Below are positions 36,943 through 46,235 of a stretch of 64,000 bases of DNA, piece after piece. The position numbers were made by a program, and so were the translations under genes. This stretch comes from Candidatus Dormiibacterota bacterium. GTDB taxonomy: Bacteria; Chloroflexota; Dormibacteria; Aeolococcales; Aeolococcaceae. The stretch is taken from assembly GCA_019245575.1 (NCBI GenBank), contig JAFARE010000029.1, positions 4,158 through 68,157 of the forward strand. The letters are read 5' to 3'. Every line of letters begins with the position of its first letter. Position 1 is the stretch's first letter. Below the pieces are notes generated by a model. The model was not told where the DNA came from, did not search any database, and worked only from the letters and a program-made list of their open reading frames with translations.

Positions 36943-38085
36943 ATGCGAATTGCCGTTCCGGCTGAGACATTTCGTGGCGAAACCCGGGTTGCGCTGGTGC
37001 CTCGTTCGATTGCTCAGCTCACCGGCGCGAAAGCGGCGGTTGCCGTGCAGACGGGCGCCGGGGCGTCCGCCGGCTTCCCCGACGCCGCGTACCGCGAGGT
37101 CGGAGCCGAGATGGTCGCGGACCGCGACAAGGTGCTGGGCGACGCCGACGTCGTCGTGGTGGTGCGCCGTCCCGATGCGGCCGACCTGCGCAAGCTGCGG
37201 GAGGGCTCGGTCCTCATCGGGCTTCTCGATCCAGCCGGCGACCCCGATCCGGTCCGCGTCCTGGTGGAGCGCCGGATCACCGCCTTCCGCATGGAGGCGC
37301 TGCCGCGCATCAGCCGCGCCCAGGACATGGACGTGCTCTCCTCCATGGCGACGCTCGCCGGCTACCACGCCGCAGTCATGGCCGCGTACCGCCTCCCCCG
37401 CATCTTTCCGCTGCTCATGACCGCGGCGGGCACGCTCACACCCGCGCGCACGCTCGTGCTCGGCGCGGGCGTCGCGGGTCTGCAGGCGATAGCCACGTGT
37501 CGCCGCCTCGGCGCGGTGGTCGAGGCCTATGACGTGCGTCCCGCCGTGCGCGAGCAGGTGGAGAGCCTGGGCGCGCGCTTCGTGGAGGTCGGCATCGAGT
37601 CGGCCGAACAGCAGGACGCGGGTGGCTACGCCAAGGAGCTGAGCGCCGATGCGCAGAAGCGCGAGCACGAGGTCCTGACTGAGCACGTCCGCGACTCCGA
37701 CGTGGTCATCACGACCGCGTTCGTGCCGGGCAAGCCAGCGCCGGTGCTGGTCACAAGGGACATGGTCAGCGCGATGCGTCCCGGCTCGGTGATCGTCGAC
37801 CTCGCCGCATCGGCGGGCGGCAACTGCGAGTGCACGCAGCCGGACAAGGATGTCGTGGAGCACGGCGTCACGATCCTGGGGCCGACCAACCTGGCGGCCG
37901 CGATCCCGGGACAGGCGAGCCAGCTCTACTCGCACAACGTCACGCGCTTCACGCTGCAGATGCTCAAGGACGGCGCGGTGGCTCTCGACTTCGACGACCC
38001 CGTCATCGCGCAGACGTGCATGACGCACGACGGCAAGGCGATGGGCGAGCAGATGGCCGCGCTCGTCGGCGCCCCCGCATCGTGA
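36943..38085 (+). CDS. pntAA: NAD(P) transhydrogenase subunit alpha part 1
   Basis: 380 aa. MRIAVPAETFRGETRVAL start, LVLGAGVAGLQAIATCRRLGAVV NAD-binding motif. Confidence 0.85.
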   Translation: MRIAVPAETFRGETRVALVPRSIAQLTGAKAAVAVQTGAGASAGFPDAAYREVGAEMVADRDKVLGDADVVVVVRRPDAADLRKLREGSVLIGLLDPAGDPDPVRVLVERRITAFRMEALPRISRAQDMDVLSSMATLAGYHAAVMAAYRLPRIFPLLMTAAGTLTPARTLVLGAGVAGLQAIATCRRLGAVVEAYDVRPAVREQVESLGARFVEVGIESAEQQDAGGYAKELSADAQKREHEVLTEHVRDSDVVITTAFVPGKPAPVLVTRDMVSAMRPGSVIVDLAASAGGNCECTQPDKDVVEHGVTILGPTNLAAAIPGQASQLYSHNVTRFTLQMLKDGAVALDFDDPVIAQTCMTHDGKAMGEQMAALVGAPAS

Positions 38086-38420
38086 GCAGCGGTCAGACCC
38101 TGGCCCTGGGGGCGTTCATCTTCGCGCTCGCGGTGTTCGTGGGCTTCCTGCTCATCTCCAAGGTCCCCACATTGCTGCACACACCGCTCATGTCGGCGAC
38201 CAACTTCATCCACGGCATCGTGCTGGTGGGCGCGCTGACGGTCGCGGCGACCGCGCATGACGCGCTCGGTTACGTCATCGCCATCGCTGCGGTGCTGCTG
38301 GGAACGCTCAACGTGGTCGGCGGCTGGGTCGTGACCGACCGCATGCTGCACATGTTCCGCCGCCGCACCACCGAGGAACGTCCGGCGGAGACGGCGAAGC
38401 CGCCACAGGCCGAGGGCTGA
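38082..38420 (+). CDS. pntAB: NAD(P) transhydrogenase subunit alpha part 2 (membrane)
   Basis: About 112 aa from the GTG that overlaps the pntAA stop (GTGA). Three TM helices plus FIHGIVLVGALTV. Confidence 0.75.
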   Translation: MSSGQTLALGAFIFALAVFVGFLLISKVPTLLHTPLMSATNFIHGIVLVGALTVAATAHDALGYVIAIAAVLLGTLNVVGGWVVTDRMLHMFRRRTTEERPAETAKPPQAEG

Positions 38421-38421
38421 C

Positions 38422-39816
38422 GTGCAACCCGCGCCGCTGACGATCCTCGGCTACACGGTCACGGCGCTGTGCTTCATGTACGGCGTGCAGCTGCTGCGCT
38501 CGCCGGCCCGCGCGAGCCTGGGCAACCGCATCGCCGCGGTGGGCATGCTGCTGGTGATCGGCATCACCATCGGGCTCATCGGGGGCAATGCCAACTGGGC
38601 GTACATCGTGCCGCCCATCGTGATCGGCGCAGCGCTCGGTGCCGTCTCGGCGCGCGCGGTGCGCATGACCGCGATGCCGCAGATGGTCGCGCTGTTCAAC
38701 GGGATGGGCGGCGGCTCGGCGGCGTTGATCGCCGCGCAGGACTTCCGCACCGCCGTGGCGAACGGCACCGCGCATCCCGACATCACGTGGGCGATCATGC
38801 TGAGCTGCTTCATCGGGTCGATCAGCTTCGCGGGCAGCATCATCGCGTTCGCCAAGCTGCAGGAGCTGATGTCGGGGCGCCCGCTGACGTATCCACTGCA
38901 GACGCCGATCAACGCCGCGATCCTGCTGGCCATCGTGGCGATCGGCGTCTTCCTCATCGTCGCCAGCCAGTCGCTGCCGCTGTTCGCGGTTTTCGTCGTG
39001 CTGTCGCTGCTGCTCGGCGTGCTCTTCGTCGTACCCATCGGCGGCGCCGACATGCCCGTGATCATCTCGCTGCTCAACTCGTTCACCGGGCTCGCGGCGG
39101 CGATGACGGGCTTTGTGCTCAGCAACGACGTGCTCATCGTCAGCGGCGCGCTCGTGGGAGCGTCGGGAACCATCCTCACCATCGCGATGAGCCGGGCGAT
39201 GAACCGCTCGCTGTTCAACGTGCTCTTCGGCGCCTTCGGCGCCACGGTCGCGACACCGGGCGGGGGCGGCGGAGAGGAGGGCGGATCGGTCCACCCCACC
39301 AGCGTGGAGGATGTCGCGCCGCTGCTCGCATTCGCGCAGCTCGTCATCTTCGTGCCCGGGTATGGGATGGCGGTGGCGCGCGCGCAGCACGACGTCAAGG
39401 AGCTGGCCGACGAGCTCGAGCGGCGCGGCGTCCAGGTTGAGTACGCGATCCACCCCGTGGCCGGGCGCATGCCGGGGCACATGAACGTGCTGCTGGCGGC
39501 GGCGAACGTGCCCTATCCGCAGCTGAAGGAGATGGACGCGGTGAACCCCGACTTCCCTCGCGCCGACGTGGCCATGGTGATCGGGGCCAACGACGTGGTG
39601 AACCCCGCCGCGCGCAACGAGGCGGGCAGCCCCATCTACGGCATGCCCATCCTCAACGCCGACGAGGCCAAGACCGTGGTCGTGCTGAAGCGCAGCATGG
39701 CGACCGGGTTCGCAGGCGTGGACAACCCCCTGTTCTACAAGCCGAACACGCTGATGCTCTTCGGCGACGCGCGCCAGTCCATCGCGTCCTTGACCGCCGA
39801 GGTCAAGCACCAGTAG
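38422..39816 (+). CDS. pntB: NAD(P) transhydrogenase subunit beta
   Basis: 464 aa. N-terminal TM domain. C-terminal NADP(H)-binding domain (...PGYGMAVARAQH...DVAMVIGANDVVNPAA). Confidence 0.85.
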   Translation: MQPAPLTILGYTVTALCFMYGVQLLRSPARASLGNRIAAVGMLLVIGITIGLIGGNANWAYIVPPIVIGAALGAVSARAVRMTAMPQMVALFNGMGGGSAALIAAQDFRTAVANGTAHPDITWAIMLSCFIGSISFAGSIIAFAKLQELMSGRPLTYPLQTPINAAILLAIVAIGVFLIVASQSLPLFAVFVVLSLLLGVLFVVPIGGADMPVIISLLNSFTGLAAAMTGFVLSNDVLIVSGALVGASGTILTIAMSRAMNRSLFNVLFGAFGATVATPGGGGGEEGGSVHPTSVEDVAPLLAFAQLVIFVPGYGMAVARAQHDVKELADELERRGVQVEYAIHPVAGRMPGHMNVLLAAANVPYPQLKEMDAVNPDFPRADVAMVIGANDVVNPAARNEAGSPIYGMPILNADEAKTVVVLKRSMATGFAGVDNPLFYKPNTLMLFGDARQSIASLTAEVKHQ

Positions 39817-39837
39817 GCAGTAGCCAAACCGCGCGCG

Positions 39838-40308
39838 ATGCGTTGTACTGGACGCATGCGAGCGCAATTCCAGGTCGCGGTCGGCGCCGGACGGGCGGCG
39901 GTGAGCCTCAGCTTCGAGCGCTGGCGCGCCGAGCAGACGGTGACGCGGCGCTGGCTCGTGCTGCTCGCCGCCGTGCTGACGGTGCCATTTGCCGCCGCGC
40001 TGGCCGCCGCCGCTGTGGACAGCGCGATCCATGCCGCGCCCGCCCACGCCGCGGTCGCCGCCGGGTCACCCGGCTGGGCCCGCCTGATCCTGCTGGGACC
40101 ACCCCTCGCGCTGATCCTGCTCGCGCTGTCGCGGGTCCGCCTGCACGCCCAGCGAGATGAGGGACGCTGGACCGGCACCGTCAGCGCGCAGCTGGGCTGG
40201 CTCGAGCTGGCGGTCGGCCTCCTCGCCCTGGCCGTGGTCGTGGTGTTCTTCGGCCATCTCGTGGCCGACTCCTGGGCGTGCGCCAACGGCGTGCACTCGG
40301 CCTGCTGA
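39838..40308 (+). CDS. Membrane protein, hypothetical (probable start MRAQFQ at 39856)
   Basis: Three hydrophobic segments, no recognisable domain. Confidence 0.4.
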   Translation: MRCTGRMRAQFQVAVGAGRAAVSLSFERWRAEQTVTRRWLVLLAAVLTVPFAAALAAAAVDSAIHAAPAHAAVAAGSPGWARLILLGPPLALILLALSRVRLHAQRDEGRWTGTVSAQLGWLELAVGLLALAVVVVFFGHLVADSWACANGVHSAC

Positions 40309-40497
40309 GAGACGCGACGGGCTGTTGTCGCGGGCGGCGCTCACGCTGCCGTCATGGACACCGACTGCACGGTCATCGACGCGGCCGTTCGCTTTCTCCG
40401 CACCAACCCTGAGCTCGTCGCCTGCGCCCGCGCCGGCGCCGAGGGGACCGGCCTCAGCGTCGAGGAGTTGCTGGCCGAGACCGTCCGGCGCGCTCGC

Positions 40498-41331
40498 TCA
40501 GCCGCTGAGACCGTAGCGGAGGAAGAGGTGGTCGCCCGCACGGCGGGCTGACACCAGCTCCGCCCGCTTCAGCCCGTGCGGGCCGGCCACGAACTCGTTG
40601 ACCAGTGCCAGGCGCGGGTGGGACGGGTCGCGGCCCGCCAGCCACGGGGCGACCGTGAGGAAGAGCTCGTGCAGGCTGCCGGCTCGGAGCAGCGCGCCCA
40701 CGAGTGACGGCCCGCCCTCAGTGAGCACGAGTCCTGGTCCGAGCTCGGCCGCGAGCTCCGCGAGCAGGTCCTCGCCGTTGATCGGCCGGCCGCTTCCGGC
40801 GACGACCGTCCGGAGGCGCGGGAACGCCGCCCGGACGCGGGGCAGACCCTGCGGCGTCGTGGCCACAACCGGCTCGGTCTGCGGATCGGTGAGGGCGACG
40901 TGCGACGGCAGCTGCCCGCTGCCGGTCACCACCACAAGGGGCGCCGGGCTATCCGGGAGGCCCAGCCCGGCGCGGTAGGCGGCCAGCTCCGCGGCCTGGC
41001 CGGGTGCGACCGCCCCCGGCGTCCACTGATGGCCCACGCTGGCCCGCAGCGTGCCCGCGCCGATCATCACGGCACCGGCCGCGGCGCGCAGCATCCCCAT
41101 GAGGTAGCGGTCGGCGGCGTCGTGCCCGCTGACCGTCGAGGAGTCGGTCCCGTCGTGCAGCCCCAGCGACACGACGCCGTCGATCGTTGCGACAAAGTTG
41201 GCCACAACTCGCGGGTGCGGCTGCTGCGCGAAGCGAAGCGGACCGCCATACATGCGCTCGGCGTCAGTCTGCCCCTCACCCTCCGATGGGGTGAGGAGCT
41301 CGAACGCGAAGCCAGCGCGCCCCGGGGTCAC
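40498..41331 (-). CDS. RibD C-terminal domain / dihydrofolate-reductase-like reductase family protein
   Basis: 277 aa. ...VANFVATIDGVVS...LVLTEGGPSLVGALLRAGSLHELFLTVAPWLAG is the typical bacterial bifunctional deaminase-reductase C-terminal fold. Confidence 0.7.
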   Translation of the reverse strand: MTPGRAGFAFELLTPSEGEGQTDAERMYGGPLRFAQQPHPRVVANFVATIDGVVSLGLHDGTDSSTVSGHDAADRYLMGMLRAAAGAVMIGAGTLRASVGHQWTPGAVAPGQAAELAAYRAGLGLPDSPAPLVVVTGSGQLPSHVALTDPQTEPVVATTPQGLPRVRAAFPRLRTVVAGSGRPINGEDLLAELAAELGPGLVLTEGGPSLVGALLRAGSLHELFLTVAPWLAGRDPSHPRLALVNEFVAGPHGLKRAELVSARRAGDHLFLRYGLSG

Positions 41332-41344
41332 GCGCTCCGCTCGG

Positions 41345-43942
41345 TCACACAGCCGTCTTCGACGGCGCCAGCACCTCGTCCAGCATGGCGAGAAAGTCCG
41401 CGATCTTGGCCGGTTTGACGATGTACGCGCGCGCCCCCATGTCGAGGAGGCGCTTGATCTGCCGTTCCGTCGCGTCGGCGCTGAACATCACCACAGGGAT
41501 GCTCGCCGTCTGGGAATCCTCGCGCAGCTGCTTGAGCACCTGGTCACCCGACATGTCGGGAAGGTGAAGGTCGAGCACGATGAGCGACGGGTTGTGCTCG
41601 CGCGCCAGATCCAGTGCGATGCTGCCCTGCAGCGCGTTGATCATGCGGATGCCCGGCCGCATGGCGAAGACGTCCTCCATCAGATCGACGGTGGCCAGGT
41701 TGTCCTCGACGTAGAGCACCGTGTGCTCCGCGGCGTCAGCAGCAGGCTGCTCCTGACGCACCGGCGGCCGCCGCCGTTCCGGCACCGCCTCGAGCGCCGC
41801 GCGCTGCAGCGTGATCCAGAAGGTGCTGCCCCTGCCCTCCTCCGAGGTGACCCCGATCTCCCCGCCCATCGCCTCCACGAGCTTCTTGGTCAGCGCGAGA
41901 CCGAGGCCCGTGCCGGGTGTGCCGGTGCGCTCCGCGCCCAGACGCTCGAACGGCTGGAACAGACGGCGCTGCAGCTCGGAGCTCAACCCGGGCCCGGTGT
42001 CGACCACCGACAGTCGCACCCTGCTGTCCGGCGTCGTCTCCGCGCGCACGGTCACGCTGGCGCCGCGACCCGCGTACTTCACCGCGTTGGACATGAGGTT
42101 GAGCAGCGCCTGCACCAGCCGCTGCCGGTCGGCCTGCACCACCGCGTCCGAGGTGCCATCCAGCTCGCGATTCACCGAGATGCCGTGGTCGCGCGCCGCG
42201 GGGCGCACCAGGCGCATGCACTCCTCCACCACCGCGCCCAGCGACACCGGCTCCGGTGCGAGCGTTTCTCGTCCCGCCTCGATGCGCGCGATGTCGAGCA
42301 CGTCGTTGACCAGGCTCAGGAGGTGGCTCGACGCCTCCTGGATGGCGGTGACAGCCTCCAGCTGGTCGTCGCGCGGGTCGCGCAGCTCGAGCAGGTCGCT
42401 GTATCCGAGGATGGCGGTGAGCGGTGTGCGCAGCTCGTGGCTCATGCGCGAGAGGTACTCGCTCTTGGCCGCGCTGGCTCGCTCCGCTTCGTCGCGCGCC
42501 CGGCGCAGGTCCTCGGCCGACTGCTTCTCACGGGTCACGTCGCGGTTGATCTCGAGCACGACGTCGGGGTTGCCCTCGTCGTCGAGCTGCAGCGCCCACC
42601 GCGCGCTGACGATGACGTGCCGTCCGTCCTTGGTCACCTGGCTGATCTCGGCCTCCCAGCCGCCGCGGTCGCGCAGGAGCTGCACCAGCTCGTCGCGGGG
42701 CACCGGCAGCGCGCTGTGCAGCAGCGCGCTCGGCTCCTGGCCCAGCGCCTCCTCCGACGTCCAGCCGTACATCGCCTGGGCGGCGCGGTTCCAGTAGCGC
42801 ACCTGCCCGTTCCTCGCATCCCAGGCGAGGATGGGGTTGTACGCCAGGTCGAGCAGCTCGCCGGTGCGGCGCACCCGTTCCACCAGCAGCACCCTGTCGA
42901 GCGCGGTGGTGACGGAGCTCGCGTAGTCCTGCAGGCGAGCCACCTCCTCCGCGCCGAAGAGTGGCGTGAGCGGCCCCGCCTGCACGGCGAGCACGCCCTT
43001 GCTGAACTGCGACTCCAGCCTCGCCTGCACCACGGTCGACGTGGAGCGCGCCCGCGGCTCGCCAGAAGCGTCGGCGGCGACGAGGGCCCGGCCCGCTTTA
43101 GCCTCGATTCCCCGGGTGACGGTGAGCTTGCCGTCGTCCGTCGCCAGCACCGCGATGCTGGCGCCCAGCAGCCGCGCCGCCCATTCGAGCGCACGCTCCG
43201 CCAGCGTCACACGGTCAGGCGAGAAGAGCAGCAGGTCGTTGAGGGCGAGCCGGAAGGCGCGCTCCTCCTCGGACCGCCAGAAGCGGCGGATCCAGCGCGG
43301 CGGCGCGAACGCCAGGTAGAACAGGGGCAGCAACAGCGCGGCGAGCGGTGTGGCTGTGGCGCTGTAGATCGCCTCTGCGGCGGGCAGGAAGCTCGCCACC
43401 ACGCCCATGACCAGGATGAGCACGATGCCCGCGTAGGCCGCGACCAGCGCCCGCGCCCGGGCGCGCTGCACGCGAGGCAGGCGGTGCGACAAGCGCCAGA
43501 TGCGGTAGATCGGCTCGCAGACGCACGCGCCCCAGACGGCGACCAGCGTGAGTCCCGCGACGCTCTGCAGCGCCGTGACCTTGGTGCTGCTGAGGCTGCC
43601 GGGTGCGTAGGCCACGATCAGCAGGATCGAGTCGCCGAGCACCAGCAGGCCGGACCCGATGCGCACCGCCCTGGGCAGCGGCACGAGCGTGTCCCGGAAG
43701 AGCAGGAAGGCCCAGCCCGACAGGGCGAAGAGCACGAGTGTGGCGTCGATGAGCGCGGCAGAGGTCGACGCCCCGCTGCCGAACGTGCTGATGAGGGCCA
43801 CGGCGCCGATCAGCCCGATCGAGGCGGCGAGGAACCGCCGGTAGTAGTCGCGGTGGCGCAGCCAGTCCACGACGGTGAGCAGGCCGAGCAGGCCGAAGGC
43901 TCCCCCCAATGCCCATTGCAGCGCCTGGGAAGCCGCGCTCAC
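41345..43942 (-). CDS. Hybrid sensor histidine kinase: multi-TM sensor, PAS/GAF region, HisKA, HATPase, C-terminal receiver
   Basis: 865 aa. H-box SHELRTPLTAILGY. G-boxes DTGPGL and GTGLGLAL. Receiver VLYVEDNLATVDL...LIVLDLHLPDMSG...VVMFSA. Starts 13 nt after the RibD-C-like start (same strand). Confidence 0.85.
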   Translation of the reverse strand: MSAASQALQWALGGAFGLLGLLTVVDWLRHRDYYRRFLAASIGLIGAVALISTFGSGASTSAALIDATLVLFALSGWAFLLFRDTLVPLPRAVRIGSGLLVLGDSILLIVAYAPGSLSSTKVTALQSVAGLTLVAVWGACVCEPIYRIWRLSHRLPRVQRARARALVAAYAGIVLILVMGVVASFLPAAEAIYSATATPLAALLLPLFYLAFAPPRWIRRFWRSEEERAFRLALNDLLLFSPDRVTLAERALEWAARLLGASIAVLATDDGKLTVTRGIEAKAGRALVAADASGEPRARSTSTVVQARLESQFSKGVLAVQAGPLTPLFGAEEVARLQDYASSVTTALDRVLLVERVRRTGELLDLAYNPILAWDARNGQVRYWNRAAQAMYGWTSEEALGQEPSALLHSALPVPRDELVQLLRDRGGWEAEISQVTKDGRHVIVSARWALQLDDEGNPDVVLEINRDVTREKQSAEDLRRARDEAERASAAKSEYLSRMSHELRTPLTAILGYSDLLELRDPRDDQLEAVTAIQEASSHLLSLVNDVLDIARIEAGRETLAPEPVSLGAVVEECMRLVRPAARDHGISVNRELDGTSDAVVQADRQRLVQALLNLMSNAVKYAGRGASVTVRAETTPDSRVRLSVVDTGPGLSSELQRRLFQPFERLGAERTGTPGTGLGLALTKKLVEAMGGEIGVTSEEGRGSTFWITLQRAALEAVPERRRPPVRQEQPAADAAEHTVLYVEDNLATVDLMEDVFAMRPGIRMINALQGSIALDLAREHNPSLIVLDLHLPDMSGDQVLKQLREDSQTASIPVVMFSADATERQIKRLLDMGARAYIVKPAKIADFLAMLDEVLAPSKTAV

Positions 43943-44024
43943 GGTGCCTCAGTATCGGATGTGATGGGGCAACGACGAGAGTTTTCGTCGATTGGGACAG
44001 GATCGCGACGAGTCGGGCAGGTGC

Positions 44025-45125
44025 TCAGGAGGGGACTGGCGCCCGTTCCAGCGCCGCCACCACCGCATCCGCCACCTGGGAGGTGCCCACCGCGCTGGGG
44101 TCGTCGCGCTGCTGCTTCATGTCGTACGTGACGCTGTGCCCTTCGGCGATGACCGCGGCGATGGCTGCTTCGAGCCGGTCGCCGGCCTCGCGCTCTCCGA
44201 TGTGGCGCAGCATCAGCACGCCGCTCAGCATCATCGCCATCGGGTTGGCCTTGTTCTGACCGGCGTACTTCGGCGCGCTGCCGTGCGTTGCCTCGAAGAC
44301 CGCGATCTCGTCGCCCGTGTTGGCGCCCGGCGCGAGACCCAGGCCGCCCACCAGTCCGGCGCACAGGTCACTGAGGATGTCGCCGTACAGGTTGGGCATG
44401 ACCATGACCTCGTACAGCTCCGGCTTCTGCACCAGCTGCATGGCCATGTTGTCGACGATGCGGTCCTCGAACTCGATGTCCGGGAACTCCTTGCTCACCT
44501 CTTCCGCAACTCGCAACCACAGCCCGTCGGTGTGCTTCATGATGTTCGCCTTGTGCACCGCCGTCACCTTGTGGCGGCCGTTGTCACGGGCCCATTGGAA
44601 GGCGAAGCGGTACACGCGCTGCGTGCCATAGATCGATATCGGCTTGATGCTGATGCCTGAGTCGTCCCGGATCCTGCGCCCGCCCAACCGCTCGATTGCC
44701 TCGATGAGCTCGAGTGTTTGCGGCTCAGCCTCGGCGAACTCGATGCCCGCGTAGAGGTCCTCGGTGTTCTCGCGGACGATGACGAGGTCGACGTTCTCGT
44801 AGCGGCTGCGCACCCCCGGGTACCACTTGCACGGCCGCACCAGCGCGAAGAGATCGAGCTCACGTCGCAGGGCCACATTGACGCTGCGGATTCCCTTGCC
44901 AACCGGTGTCGTCAGCGGTCCCTTGATGGCGACCTTGTTGCGCCGGATGGAGTCGAGAACGTGCGCGGGCATCGGCTCGCCGTAGCGCTCCATCACGTCG
45001 AGGCCGGCGTCGTGCACCTCCCATTCGATGTCGGCGCCGGTCGCGTCGATGACGCGCCGCGCCGCAGCGCTCACCTCGGGACCGACGCCATCGCCGGGGA
45101 TCAGCGTGATCGTGTGTCGAGCCAT
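44025..45125 (-). CDS. icd: Isocitrate dehydrogenase (isocitrate/isopropylmalate dehydrogenase family)
   Basis: 366 aa from the internal ATG ([18 protein letters not shown]). [20 protein letters not shown] and [13 protein letters not shown] resemble IDH more than LeuB. The 348-codon upstream extension of the ORF is non-coding. Confidence 0.6.
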   Translation of the reverse strand: MARHTITLIPGDGVGPEVSAAARRVIDATGADIEWEVHDAGLDVMERYGEPMPAHVLDSIRRNKVAIKGPLTTPVGKGIRSVNVALRRELDLFALVRPCKWYPGVRSRYENVDLVIVRENTEDLYAGIEFAEAEPQTLELIEAIERLGGRRIRDDSGISIKPISIYGTQRVYRFAFQWARDNGRHKVTAVHKANIMKHTDGLWLRVAEEVSKEFPDIEFEDRIVDNMAMQLVQKPELYEVMVMPNLYGDILSDLCAGLVGGLGLAPGANTGDEIAVFEATHGSAPKYAGQNKANPMAMMLSGVLMLRHIGEREAGDRLEAAIAAVIAEGHSVTYDMKQQRDDPSAVGTSQVADAVVAALERAPVPS

Positions 45126-45212
45126 GCTGGGGAGTGCCTCCGTGCGCCGCGTCCTACTGCCGACGCATTGTGCCGCCTGTCGTGCAGCGGCCGGTTCTGG
45201 ATGGGGAGGCAG

Positions 45213-45312
45213 AGATGTCCTTCCGGCGGGACGCGGTCGAAGCCCCTCCGGGGCCTCGCCGCTCGACACTCGGCTCGACTCACGCTCCGAGCCGGACCGT
45301 CTCGCCTCCGTG
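45213..45312. repeat. Intergenic repeated element, copy B (paired with 25140-25240); contains a 32-codon ORF with GGAGG SD on the plus strand
   Basis: gatgtccttccggcgggacgcggtcgaag...ACTCGGCTCGACTCACGCTCCGAGccggaCCGTCTCGCCTCCGTgacg. GGAGGcagagATG at 45201-45216. Small [38 protein letters not shown] about 45214, stop about 45310-45312. Confidence 0.5.
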
Positions 45313-45365
45313 ACGCCCGCCTTCACGACACCTCCGCCTCCCCATCCAGTGCGCACACTGCCCGG

Positions 45366-46226
45366 ATGCGGACGGATGCGCTGCGGCGCTGGTACGCGGC
45401 GCACGGACGCCATACGTTGCCGTGGCGCTCGACACACGATCCCTGGGCGGTGCTCGTGTCCGAGGTGATGCTGCAGCAGACGCAGGTGGCGCGCGTCGTG
45501 CCCAAGTGGGAGGCGTTCATGGCCCGCTGGCCGTCGCCCGAGGCCTGCGCCGGGGCCGAGCTCACGGAGGTCCTGCGGCTCTGGCAGGGGCTGGGGTACC
45601 CGCGGCGGGCACTGGCGCTGCATCGCTGCGCACAGATCGTCTCCGCGCAGGGCTGGCCCAAGTCCCAGGCCGGGCTGCGTGCCCTCCCCGGCGTCGGCGC
45701 CTACACGGCGCGGGCGCTGCTCGCCCTGGCGTTCCGACGACCCGGGCGGCCGCCGCTCGACGTGAACATCCGCCGCGTCGGCGCCAGGGCCGGGCTCGCC
45801 GCCGAGCCGCACCAGGTCACCGACGCCGCTGTCGAAGAGGCGCTGATGACGGCGCGCCCTGCCCGCATGAGCCGGCGGGACTACACGCTCGCGCTGTTCG
45901 ACGCGGGGGCGCTGCACTGCCGGGCCGTGCCCCGCTGCGACGGGTGTCCCCTCGCGGGCGGCTGCGCATGGCGCAGGCGGCCGCCCGCTGCAGCGGCGGG
46001 CGAGCGCCGGCGACAGCCGCGGTACGAGGGGAGCTTCCGCCAGCTGCGCGGAGCGCTCCTCGACGCCTGGCTGCGCACACGCAGCGGGGACGAGGCGGAG
46101 CTCGCCGCGGCTGCGGCCGCCGGCCTCCAGAGCGCGGCGGATGCCGAGCGCGTGGCGCGTGCGCTGCACAGCCTGGTGGCCGACGGGCTCATTCCCGCCG
46201 AACGCGCTCCGTCACAGGCTGGCTAA
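45366..46226 (+). CDS. HhH-GPD DNA glycosylase with 4Fe-4S loop (MutY/adenine glycosylase-like, short form)
   Basis: About 286 aa from the internal [35 protein letters not shown], FeS loop [16 protein letters not shown]. Confidence 0.7.
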   Translation: MRTDALRRWYAAHGRHTLPWRSTHDPWAVLVSEVMLQQTQVARVVPKWEAFMARWPSPEACAGAELTEVLRLWQGLGYPRRALALHRCAQIVSAQGWPKSQAGLRALPGVGAYTARALLALAFRRPGRPPLDVNIRRVGARAGLAAEPHQVTDAAVEEALMTARPARMSRRDYTLALFDAGALHCRAVPRCDGCPLAGGCAWRRRPPAAAAGERRRQPRYEGSFRQLRGALLDAWLRTRSGDEAELAAAAAAGLQSAADAERVARALHSLVADGLIPAERAPSQAG

Positions 46227-46235
46227 TGTCGGCGG

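Noticed and set aside
40354-40551. 65-aa ORF MDTDCTVIDAAVRFL...
   Set aside because: Possibly a real small protein. It overlaps the 3' end of the RibD-C-like gene on the opposite strand and has no motif. Not reported as a feature because support is insufficient.
41198-44131. 977-aa ORF on the plus strand
   Set aside because: Antisense to the hybrid histidine kinase, which has clear H-box, G-box and receiver motifs. Composition-only ORF.
43909-44259. 116-aa plus ORF between the histidine kinase and icd
   Set aside because: Overlaps the 3' end of icd on the opposite strand. No SD, low-complexity product.
45126-46169. N-terminal 348 codons of the 714-aa minus ORF 44025..46169
   Set aside because: The recognisable IDH sequence begins at the internal ATG at 45123-45125 ([18 protein letters not shown]). 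The upstream part overlaps the repeat element and the MutY-like gene on the other strand. The same reasoning was applied to the 5' extensions of ORFs 11735..13918, 13219..14469, 53100..55934, 55505..57727 and 35606..36559.
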